Shown: piece after piece, positions 53,079 through 62,200 of the stretch
Layout of the letters: each line of letters opens with the position of its first letter
Numbering within the stretch: the first letter of the stretch is position 1
Source of the DNA: Clostridia bacterium
Lineage (GTDB): Bacteria > Bacillota > Clostridia > TANB77 > CAG-508
NCBI GenBank assembly: GCA_017477355.1
Contig: JAFUWA010000023.1
Location: forward strand, 65-64,064
Length of the DNA stretch: 64,000 nt
Reading direction: 5' to 3'
Made by a program: the position numbers and the translations under genes
Notes under the pieces: model-generated
Told to the model about the DNA's origin: nothing
The model's input: the letters and a program-made list of their open reading frames with translations, nothing else
Databases searched by the model: none

Positions 53079-53152
53079 ATCGTGAGACCGAATGAAGTGA
53101 GGTCACTCGATAAAAAAAGAAATTATGGAGGGGGGACAGCGTAGCTGGCACA

Positions 53153-53190
53153 AAACATAAATGTGTTAGCACGCTAACGCATTTATGTTT
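53153..53190 (+). promoter_or_regulatory. 16-bp hairpin/palindrome that includes the nrdG start codon
   Basis: AAACATAAATGTGTTA (53153-53168) pairs with TAACGCATTTATGTTT (53175-53190) with one G-U pair. The nrdG ATG (53185-53187) lies in the 3' arm. Confidence 0.6.
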
Positions 53191-53736
53191 ATTGCAGATA
53201 TAAAAGAACTTGATATACAAGATGGCGAAGGGGCTCGTGTTTCTATCTATGTAAGTGGTTGCCATTTCCATTGTAAAGGCTGCCATAACCCACAAGCTTG
53301 GAATTTTAATTATGGAAGAGAATTTACAGACGAGGACATTAACCATATTGTTAATTTAATGGATAATGACTATATTTCAGGACTTTCTATTTTAGGAGGA
53401 GAGCCAATGGAATTAATCAATCAAAAAGGTCTTGTTCCACTTGTAAATAAAGTAAAAGAAAAATTTCCAAATAAAAATATTTGGTGCTATACAGGGTATG
53501 ATTTTGAAAAGGATGTACTTGGAAATATGGTTCCAAAATTTGAATTTACGAAAGATTTTTTGAAGAAAATTGATATAGTAGTTGACGGACAATTTGTAGA
53601 AGATAAAAAATTAGTTGACTTAAAATTCCGTGGCTCATACAATCAAAGAAAAATAGATGTACAAAAAACACTAGAGACAAATTCTTTAGTTACTATGAAG
53701 TTTGGAGATGAAGTAAGATACGGAGGAGTGGCATAA
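53185..53736 (+). CDS. nrdG: anaerobic ribonucleotide reductase activating protein (radical SAM)
   Basis: DGEGARVSIYVSGCHFHCKGCHNPQAW (CxxxCxxC cluster) and ILGGEP, immediately downstream of nrdD. Confidence 0.88.
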   Translation: MFIADIKELDIQDGEGARVSIYVSGCHFHCKGCHNPQAWNFNYGREFTDEDINHIVNLMDNDYISGLSILGGEPMELINQKGLVPLVNKVKEKFPNKNIWCYTGYDFEKDVLGNMVPKFEFTKDFLKKIDIVVDGQFVEDKKLVDLKFRGSYNQRKIDVQKTLETNSLVTMKFGDEVRYGGVA

Positions 53737-53795
53737 GCCATTCCTCTTTGCTCCATATAAAAGAAAAATCAAATAAAGTTGGGAGGTATTTTAGG

Positions 53796-54737
53796 ATGAA
53801 AGATGTAGTTGTATTTGCAGCAAGTGAGTCAGCAGAGGAATTCACAAAAGAAATTTGTAATTATTTGAACTTAGAAATGGGAAAGGTAAATTGTCAAAAA
53901 TTTCAAAACGACAATAATTTTGTGCAAATATTAGAAACTGTAAGAGAGAAAGATGTTTTTGTAGTTCAGACAACAGAGCCTCCTGTTAACGAGAGAATTA
54001 TGGAAATGTTAATTATGGTGGATGCAATTAAAAGAGCAGCAGCCAAACGTATAACACTAGTTTTACCTTATTATATTTATTCTAGAACAGATAAAAAAGA
54101 TCAACCTAGAGTACCAGTAACAGCAAAACTTTTGGCACAGTTAATAGAGGCAGCTGGTGTATCAAGAGTTATTACATGTGATTTACACAATCCAGCAATA
54201 CAAGCTTACTTCAATATTAATTGTGATGTTTTAACAGGACAATCTCATCTTCAAAAATATTTTGATCAAAAGAATATTGAAAATAAGGTCGTTGTGGCAA
54301 CTGATGCAGGAAGTTCAAAAAAAGCATATAAATATGCAAAACATTTTAATTGTCCGATTGCTTTAATTGATAAAAGAAGAGATGGAAATAATGATAAAGC
54401 GATTGCTTCTAACGTAATTGGAGATATTAAAGGAAAAAATGCGTTAATTTTTGATGATGAAGTTGATACAGCAGGATCTATTATGGAAACAATAAGAATT
54501 CTTAAGGAAGCTGGAGCAAAGGATATTTATGTTGGATGTACTCATGGTGTTTTATCTGGACCAGCAATTGAAAGAATTAATAATTCTGAATTAAAAGAAT
54601 TAGTTATGACAAACACAATTCCTTTAACTCCAGAAAAAAAGAGTGATAAAATTGTTATAGTTTCTTTGTCAGAACTATTTGGAGAGGCGATTAAAAGAAT
54701 TAATGAGGCTACTTCAATTGGTGAATTATTTGAATAA
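53796..54737 (+). CDS. prs: ribose-phosphate pyrophosphokinase
   Basis: MKDVVVFAAS..., YSRTDKKD, DLHNPAIQAYF, and the PRPP-binding loop FDDEVDTAGS. ATG 53796 after GGGAGG is preferred to TTG 53748. Confidence 0.88.
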   Translation: MKDVVVFAASESAEEFTKEICNYLNLEMGKVNCQKFQNDNNFVQILETVREKDVFVVQTTEPPVNERIMEMLIMVDAIKRAAAKRITLVLPYYIYSRTDKKDQPRVPVTAKLLAQLIEAAGVSRVITCDLHNPAIQAYFNINCDVLTGQSHLQKYFDQKNIENKVVVATDAGSSKKAYKYAKHFNCPIALIDKRRDGNNDKAIASNVIGDIKGKNALIFDDEVDTAGSIMETIRILKEAGAKDIYVGCTHGVLSGPAIERINNSELKELVMTNTIPLTPEKKSDKIVIVSLSELFGEAIKRINEATSIGELFE

Positions 54738-54980
54738 GAATATTATCTATATTAGAATGAAAAGTGGTAGATGATTTAAATAATCAATGGTTACTTGTGG
54801 TAGAAAGTAATAATAAAGCAATTGTACAAGCAAAAAAATTAAAATATTAAACCTTTGTATTGACAAATGGCATTAACTTAATGTATAATATGTAACAGTT
54901 AAGGGAGTTTCGGATACTTCCTGATTAGTGAAAAGAAATCCCACAAAATGGTTTTGTACTTCGAAGGGGGGGAAAATATA

Positions 54981-55151
54981 ATGTCAGAGGTTAAAGTAAA
55001 TAACGGTAATATAGAAGATGCATTAAAAAGATTTAAAAGACAATGCGCTAGAAACGGTGTACTACAAGAAGTTAGAAAAAGAGAACATTATGAAAAACCA
55101 AGCGTAAAAAGAAAAAAGAAGTCAGAAGCCGCAAGAAAGAGAAAATTTTAA
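54981..55151 (+). CDS. rpsU: 30S ribosomal protein S21
   Basis: [56 protein letters not shown]. The SD is a G7 run (GAAGGGGGGGAA). Confidence 0.93.
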   Translation: MSEVKVNNGNIEDALKRFKRQCARNGVLQEVRKREHYEKPSVKRKKKSEAARKRKF

Positions 55152-55165
55152 TAAAGTAAAAAAGG

Positions 55166-55196
55166 ACGAGCCTAGTATTAGGCTCGTTTCTTTTGT
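55166..55196 (+). terminator. Rho-independent terminator of rpsU
   Basis: ACGAGCCT-AGTATT-AGGCTCGT followed by TTCTTTTG. Confidence 0.7.
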
Positions 55197-55255
55197 TCTA
55201 AAATGAAAAGTCCTTCATAGAATTAAATAGTTTTAGAGAATGAAGGTTTTGAGAT

Positions 55256-56428
55256 ATGAAGAGAATAGTAACAATGATAATTATTTTTAGTATGATAGTG
55301 CCATCTTGTGTACGAGCAGAAAATGCAGAAGTTTCTTCCTATGAGCCAGAAATACAATCTAAACATTGTATTTGCATTGAAAGAACAACAGAACAGGTAT
55401 TATTTGAAAAAGATGCTTATACAAAATGCGCAATGGCTTCAACAACTAAAATTCTTACAGGAATTGTTATTATTGAGAACTGTGATTTACAAGAAGAAGT
55501 AATAATTTCTAAAAAAGCTGCCAATATAGGCGGTTCAACGCTTGGAATTCAAGAAGGACAAAAGATTACAGTAGAAAACTTATTATATGGATTATTATTA
55601 AGATCGGGAAATGATACTGCAATTGCGTTGGCAGAACATTTAAGTGGAACTGTAGAAGAATTTTGCCAAAAAATGAATGATACAGCTAAAACAATTGGTT
55701 TGAAAAATAGTAATTTTGAAAGTCCGCATGGATTAGATTCAGAAGATCATTATACAACTGCATATGATATGGCGATATTAACTAATTATGCGTTAAATAA
55801 TGAAGTATTCCAAAAGATTGTAAGTACAAAACAGATAACAATTTATATAAATGGTTATCATAGAATTTTAATAAATACAAATGAGTTATTAGGAAATGTG
55901 GAGGGAGTTTATGGGGTAAAAACTGGTTTTACTGGAAATGCAGGAAGATGTTTGATAACCGCTTGCAAAAGAAACGATTTAGATATTATTGTAGTAATTT
56001 TGGGAGCCGATACCAAAAATATAAGAGGAAATGATACTAAGAAGGTCATAAAATATGTTTTTGAAAATTTTAAAATGGTAGATTTAAGAAACGAGATAGA
56101 AGAATTATTTTATGATTTCAAAAATACAGAAAAAATTCAAATTCTTAAGGCCCTAAACAAAATGGAATTTAATTATTCTAAAAAAGAAAACTATATTTGC
56201 CCTATAGACAAAAATAAAATAGGTCTTTTAAAAACTTCTCTTTATTATATTAGCCAAATTGAAGCACCGATTTATGATAAAACAATTGTTGGAAAAATAA
56301 GAATTCTTTGTGAGGATAAAATTTTGTTTGAAAGTGATATATTTGTTTGTAAAAAGATAGATAGGGTAAAACCATTAGATTATTTTGCTATTTTTGTTAA
56401 AAAATATATTACGTTTTATATGATTTAG
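55256..56428 (+). CDS. D-alanyl-D-alanine carboxypeptidase (S11 family, DacB/DacF-like)
   Basis: Signal peptide. SxxK (MASTTK), SxN (RSGND) and KTG (VKTGFT) motifs, plus the C-terminal PBP5-type domain. Confidence 0.88.
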   Translation: MKRIVTMIIIFSMIVPSCVRAENAEVSSYEPEIQSKHCICIERTTEQVLFEKDAYTKCAMASTTKILTGIVIIENCDLQEEVIISKKAANIGGSTLGIQEGQKITVENLLYGLLLRSGNDTAIALAEHLSGTVEEFCQKMNDTAKTIGLKNSNFESPHGLDSEDHYTTAYDMAILTNYALNNEVFQKIVSTKQITIYINGYHRILINTNELLGNVEGVYGVKTGFTGNAGRCLITACKRNDLDIIVVILGADTKNIRGNDTKKVIKYVFENFKMVDLRNEIEELFYDFKNTEKIQILKALNKMEFNYSKKENYICPIDKNKIGLLKTSLYYISQIEAPIYDKTIVGKIRILCEDKILFESDIFVCKKIDRVKPLDYFAIFVKKYITFYMI

Positions 56429-56488
56429 TTGAATATTTTAAAAAGAATAAGTTCATAATCCTATCAAATAAACATTGGGAGGATTGTG

Positions 56489-57262
56489 ATGAAAAATTTT
56501 TTGAGAAAGAATGGGTATGTAATAAGTATTATTTGTAGCTTAATAGTTGTATTTTTTTGCTACGCGTATAAGGCTTCCGCGTATACATATGAAAGCCTTG
56601 ATTTTCGATATGGTAAAGTAAAAACCAAAAGTTCCTTAAACATAAGATGTGGTCCAGGAACAGATTATGACAGAGTTGGAAAACTGTATAATGGGGAATA
56701 TGTGGATGTTTTTGCAAAAGTAGGAGATTGGTATATTATTCAAACAGAGAATAATGTTGTCGGAACAGTTTCTAGTAAATATATAGAACCAGTTTTTGAC
56801 GAAAGCGAAATTCAAAAAGAAACAGTTCAGACATCATCTAATGCAACAAGTAATGGGGAATATATTGATAATATAGAATTAACACCAGAGGAGCAAGAAT
56901 TTTTGCGCCTAATTAATTCTAATAGAAGAAATGTTGGGCTAGAAGAATTAAGAATTGATAATACAGTTCAGAATGTTGCAAGATTAAAAGCTTTAGATTT
57001 GGAGAGAAATGATTACTTTTCACATCAATCACCATCGTATGGTAGTATTAATGATATGCTAACAGGGTTTGGAGTGGAGTATCAGGTTGCTCAAGAAAAC
57101 ATAGCAGGAAATCAAAATTTGTCAGGAGCAGTAGAGGCTTGGATGAACTCAGAGAGTCATAAATCGAATATTTTGAATAATGACTTTAATTATACGGGAA
57201 TAGCTATTGCAGAAAGTTCTACTTATGGAAAAATCTTTGTAGAAGTTTTTGTTAAAAAATAA
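56489..57262 (+). CDS. secreted SH3b-domain plus CAP/SCP (YkwD-like) domain protein
   Basis: Signal/TM segment. SH3b-like KSSLNIRCGPGTDYDRVGKLYNGEYVDVFAKVGDWYII. C-terminal CAP block (NR.N.GL..L..D..L...A..KA.DL....YFSHQSP.YGS...; ENIA.G; W.NS..H..NIL). ATG 56489 after GGGAGGA. Confidence 0.78.
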   Translation: MKNFLRKNGYVISIICSLIVVFFCYAYKASAYTYESLDFRYGKVKTKSSLNIRCGPGTDYDRVGKLYNGEYVDVFAKVGDWYIIQTENNVVGTVSSKYIEPVFDESEIQKETVQTSSNATSNGEYIDNIELTPEEQEFLRLINSNRRNVGLEELRIDNTVQNVARLKALDLERNDYFSHQSPSYGSINDMLTGFGVEYQVAQENIAGNQNLSGAVEAWMNSESHKSNILNNDFNYTGIAIAESSTYGKIFVEVFVKK

Positions 57263-57307
57263 AAAAGAGAGATTTGAATTGTAATCAATTCAAATCTCTC
57301 TTTTTTT
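57262..57307. terminator. bidirectional terminator between convergent genes
   Basis: AGAGAGATTTGAATT (57266-57280) pairs with AATTCAAATCTCTCT (57287-57301), flanked by an A-run and a T-run. Confidence 0.7.
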
Positions 57308-58958
57308 ATCTTAAAAAATCTTGTTCTGCTTTTACTGGAGCAATATCTCTTTGCTTTCCTAACATCTTAATATGTTCTGCTTTTGAAATAAGAATTGTAT
57401 GTAATTCTGTAAAGAAACGATTAGAGATTGTCATAGTATCGCCACTGGCTCTTTCTTGAATAGCTCCTAAGTCTTGTGCAACAGGTTCAATATTTGTAGC
57501 TAATTGATCGATGCCTTCTAAAGGCTTTCTCTCTTCTGTTAATTTTTGCAATTCTTCTAATCCAGAAAGTGTTCTTGAATAAGGATCTTTTGATAGTTTC
57601 TCTTGCAATAACTCTAAGTTTACTTTTGCATTTTGAAGAGTTTGATATTTTGCTCTAAATGCTTTTTGATCAGAGGGATCAAGTGTTGCTAATTCATTTT
57701 TTAATGTCATAATTTCAGCTTTCTTAGCGTCAACTTGTGCTTGAAGAGTTAAATGATCTTTTTTCATTTCTAGTTGTTTATATTCTTTGCTTGTTGGGTC
57801 AAGAGAACTCATTTGAGCTTCTAAGCCAGCAACATTATCAGTATCTTTTAATTTTAAAGCAAGAATTTCTGCAGTTAAGTCATTCATATTAATACCAGCT
57901 GGTAATTTACTTTGTACATCAGCAATTTTTTTGTCTACATCAGCAATTTTATCAGCTTGAGATGGGATTTGTAATGGACCATCAAGAGTTACTTTGAATG
58001 TTTGAGCTGGTAAATTTGTTGGAATACTTTCTAATTTTTGCAATAAAGCTGGATCTGTTGCTTTTAAATGATTTGATATTGCAACATATTGATTACCAGT
58101 TTTTAAAGCTTGAATTGCTTTATATTTATCAATTAACTGATATTGATCATGAAGACGTTTACGAACATCTTCCGATTTCTGTGCTCCACCTTTACCGCCT
58201 TCTACAATTTGACGAGCAGTCTCTCTATTAAATGCCATTTTATATTGCGCATCAGACATTCTTTTTAAAACCATATATTCTTTTGCACTAAGAGAAGCTT
58301 TCTTCTCTTCTAGAGCAGCTCTGGATTCCCTAACAGCTTGTAAATTTCTTCGAGCATCTTTTAATCCTCTTTTTGCTTCTTTTACACCTCTATAAGCATC
58401 CCTAACAGTTCTAGAATCTTTGTTGGCTCCTGTAATAGCACCAATCATTGCTTTAAATGGGTCAACATCATCTTGCATATCTTTTACTCTTCTTCTAGCA
58501 TCTTTTAGTCTTTGTTGCGCTTGAGATACAGATCTTTGAGCTTGTTCTTCTCTTTGATCTATATTATTTACGCCTAATTCATCACGTCTTCTATCATCTA
58601 AACTTTCAAGATATCTTTGCCATTCTTGGTAAGCACTTAAATATTCTTGTTGTGGGCTTGCAAAATCAATTTTAGCTAACTCTTCTTGCTGTGTTTTAAA
58701 GTATTCAGAAACCCCAGAGTCTATTTCAACATCAGGCATGTTGCTATAATGTGCAATAGTGGCAAGCTCTTCACTAGGGATTTTTGCGTATTCTTTGATG
58801 CTAGCTTCTTCTTGTATCCAAGCTTTTGTTCTTTCTAAATCAGTCTGTCTTTGTTTAGCTCTTCTTACGAGTTCGTCATAGTTAAGATTCTTTTGTGTAG
58901 GGTTTGTACCTAACATATCTGCATAACCATGATGTACTGGTCTATTTGGATCTGCCAT
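57306..58958 (-). CDS. hypothetical 550-aa cytoplasmic coiled-coil protein
   Basis: RBS AGGAGG on the minus strand. No signal peptide or TM segment. Long Q/K/A/R/E-rich heptad-like stretches. I recognised no family. Confidence 0.6.
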   Translation of the reverse strand: MADPNRPVHHGYADMLGTNPTQKNLNYDELVRRAKQRQTDLERTKAWIQEEASIKEYAKIPSEELATIAHYSNMPDVEIDSGVSEYFKTQQEELAKIDFASPQQEYLSAYQEWQRYLESLDDRRRDELGVNNIDQREEQAQRSVSQAQQRLKDARRRVKDMQDDVDPFKAMIGAITGANKDSRTVRDAYRGVKEAKRGLKDARRNLQAVRESRAALEEKKASLSAKEYMVLKRMSDAQYKMAFNRETARQIVEGGKGGAQKSEDVRKRLHDQYQLIDKYKAIQALKTGNQYVAISNHLKATDPALLQKLESIPTNLPAQTFKVTLDGPLQIPSQADKIADVDKKIADVQSKLPAGINMNDLTAEILALKLKDTDNVAGLEAQMSSLDPTSKEYKQLEMKKDHLTLQAQVDAKKAEIMTLKNELATLDPSDQKAFRAKYQTLQNAKVNLELLQEKLSKDPYSRTLSGLEELQKLTEERKPLEGIDQLATNIEPVAQDLGAIQERASGDTMTISNRFFTELHTILISKAEHIKMLGKQRDIAPVKAEQDFLR

Positions 58959-59233
58959 TTTAAAAATTCCTCCTAAATAATTATATTATTTTATATTTGT
59001 TTTATTATTTTTTGTCCTACAAGTTCTATTATAGCATAAAATATAAGAAAAATCAATATTTTGGGAAAATTATGCTTTTTTTTGTTACATGTTTTTAAAA
59101 ATAATGTAATCATATTTTAACAATTCATAAATTTTTACTAAAAAAGACGAAAAAAATTAGATTTCCTGTTGATTTTATTGAAATAATAGTTTATAATGAT
59201 AATATCGGTTAATAATAGGGGTTAGTCTGTCAA

Positions 59234-62200
59234 ATGATGGAAATCCCTAAGAAAAAAATAAATAAAGTAAAGGATGGTACAAGTATGACTGGTAAAAGAT
59301 TGGGAAAAGTATTACTTGTTTGGCTATGCATTATTACATTATTAATGCCTTTCTGTTCAGAGGTATTAGCTGCAGCTTTAACAGGTAATGAAACTTCCAC
59401 AGTAGTTTTAGAGACAGTTGCATATCGTGAAGGAGGACCTGAATCAACAGGAGTTACTTCTAGTCACTATGATCAAAGTAGTTATGCATATAAAGTTTCA
59501 GATACTGCTGTATTAAAAATAACACAAGCAGATGAGGCATCTAGATTCTTAGATACTTTTTATTGTGTTAACGCTGAACGCAGTTTTTCAGTAACAGGAA
59601 GTGGATACAACTATCATAAGGCTGCAGATGATTTCACAAAATTAACAGATAATGAGGTAGCAGCTTGGGCTAGTTCAGTTGGAATTAGCACAGAGAATTT
59701 CAATTCTTTAGTATGGTTATTAAAAAATATCTATGCAAAAAAATTGGATACAAGTACAAAGAACACACTTCTTCAAAATGCGTTTGCTAGTGATATTGAA
59801 GATGGAAGTTTAACTCTTGATTTAATTAAAGAGAATTTAACAGATGATGACATTGAAGTTGTTCAACAATGGGCTATATGGCACTTTACAAATGGAAGCA
59901 ATCCTTCTATGACTGGTGTTTATAGACCTGTTTATGCAGGGACTTCTTTACCAAGTATTCAAGTAACAAAGATAACAGGAAGAGATCCTAATACAGGAGC
60001 GCTTCTTACAGAAACTCAAGATTTAGTAAGTACAAGACAATTAATGGCAGAAACTTTATATGATTATTTAATTAAATCAGCTAAAACACATAGTGGAGAA
60101 AATGTAGCACATACATATCCAACATTAGATAAAACAAATACAGTTAGAATGGAAGCTGAGGGAGATTATTATAAAGTAGGACCATTTAAAATTAATAGTG
60201 GAAATACAGTTCCTAGTGATTATACTGTTGAAATTAATACAACAGGTGGAGAATTAAGTCAAGTAACAGGATTAAAAGTCTATGAAGATGGAGCAGATAT
60301 AACTCCTACATTTAGAGGAGTACAATTTGATAAGGAATATTATTTGTATTTACCAATTGTAGGAAATACTATTACTTCAGTAAGCTTATCAATTAGTTAT
60401 ACACCTGTTGCAGAAAGGAAAATAACATTATGGACAGGAGTAAATGACAGCGAAAACCTTCAACCAGTTGTTTTATTAACAAGTGGAACTGCTACTAAAG
60501 TAGAAGATACTTTAACAGCAACAATTGAGGGACAATTCGATTTAAGTTTAAAGAAATTTGTTTCTGCTAAAAATGGAACAACAATTTCTCGTGAGCCAGT
60601 AGTTAACGTAAATCCATTAAAGAATGGAGAGATTGATGCAACATATACTGTAAATAAAACTCCGGTTGATGTTGAAACTGGTGATCTTGTAACATTTACA
60701 ATTAGAGTATATAATGAAGGCGATATCGATGGGTATGCTGATTTAATTATGGATTATATTCCAGAAGGGTTAGGTTTCTTACCAGAATATAATGGAAATA
60801 CAGGCTGGACTTCAATGGCAACTGGTAAATTAACAGATGTATTAAATGATACGTCAAAGATTAATTTATCAAGTTTCTCTGGAGTAACAAGTCTAGATCA
60901 AATTCATGTTCAACTAAATGGAGCTATTACTACAAGTAGTTTAAGCAATGAAAACGAAGAAAATTTAATTTCTGCATTTGATGGAAATAGATTAGCTTAT
61001 AAAGATGTTCAAGTAACATTTGTTGTTTTAGATACAACAGGTTTAACTTTGAAAAATATTGCAGCAATTACTGCTGAATCTGACAAAGATAAAAATCCTG
61101 TTCCAACAGATAGAACATCAACTCAAGATTCAACACCAGCAGATGATATTAATCCAGATACATATACTGATGGAAACGAAGATGATGATGATTATGATGT
61201 TGTTAAAGTTCATAAAAAAGAATATGACTTAGCATTAAGAAAATTCATTGTTTCAGTTAATGGAGTAGCTACAACTGGAAGAACTCCAGTTCCAACAACT
61301 GATAGTTTAGATAAATTAGCAAGTGGAGCTGCTAAAACGGCAGAATATACACATGCTAAATCTCCAGTAACAGTGAAAAAAGGAGATAGAATTGTTTATG
61401 AGTTCAGAATTTATAATGAAGGTGAACTAGATGCTAAAGTAGAAGAAATTGTTGATTATTTACCAGAAGGACTTGAAATTGTTAATGCGACTAAAAGTAC
61501 AGTAAACTCAAGATTTAATTGGGGGGATGATGTAATTCATTCAAATGGAATGCATGAAATTTCAACAACAGCTTTAGCAGGTACAACAATTCCAGCATTT
61601 AATAAAACAACAAAAGACTTGAAATATGGAATTATTCAATTAGAATGTGAAGTAATAGGAGATTTATCAGAAGGTTCTGTATTAACAAATGTTGCAGAAA
61701 TTAAATTTGATAACGGAGATGATAGAGATTCAGATAAACGTTCAATTGACCCAGAAACACTTTCTAATGAATATACAGGAAATACATCTAATAAAGATGA
61801 CTTAACAGATAAAAATTACTATTATAAAGGATTAGAAGATGATGATGACTTTGAAAAAGTTGTTATCGATGGTCCACAATTCGATTTGAGCTTACAAAAA
61901 TTCGTTTCTAAGGTAAACGCAAAAGAGCAAGATCGTGAGCCAAAAGTAGATGTTGCTCCATTGAAAAATGGCGCAAATGATGCTAAATATACAGCATCTA
62001 AGAGCCCAATTACAGTTGAAACTGGAGATATTGTAACATTTACATTAAGAGTATATAATGAAGGTGATGTAGATGGATATGCAGAAGTTGTAACTGATTA
62101 TATTCCAGAAGGATTAGGATTCTTAGTAAATTACAATACTAACTTTAATAATCGTTGGGCAATTTCAGAAAATAGTCAATCAAAGAAACTATCTGAAATC

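Noticed and set aside
13675-53095. Treating the split ORFs (vWA protein, glucan synthase, holB, XRE regulator, nrdD) as ordinary pseudogenes or random frameshift errors.
   Set aside because: All eight breaks share one signature: an in-frame CGG, a +1 continuation, and GGN restoring a conserved Gly. They include essential genes, and no other in-frame CGG exists in native genes here. A systematic assembly artefact is not excluded and is listed as the main refutation test.
55308-58231. Alternative-frame or antisense ORFs 55308-55502, 56529-56717, 57274-57459 and 57998-58231.
   Set aside because: They are nested within or opposite to better-supported genes (DD-carboxypeptidase, SH3b-CAP protein, coiled-coil protein). 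None has an RBS or a recognisable motif.
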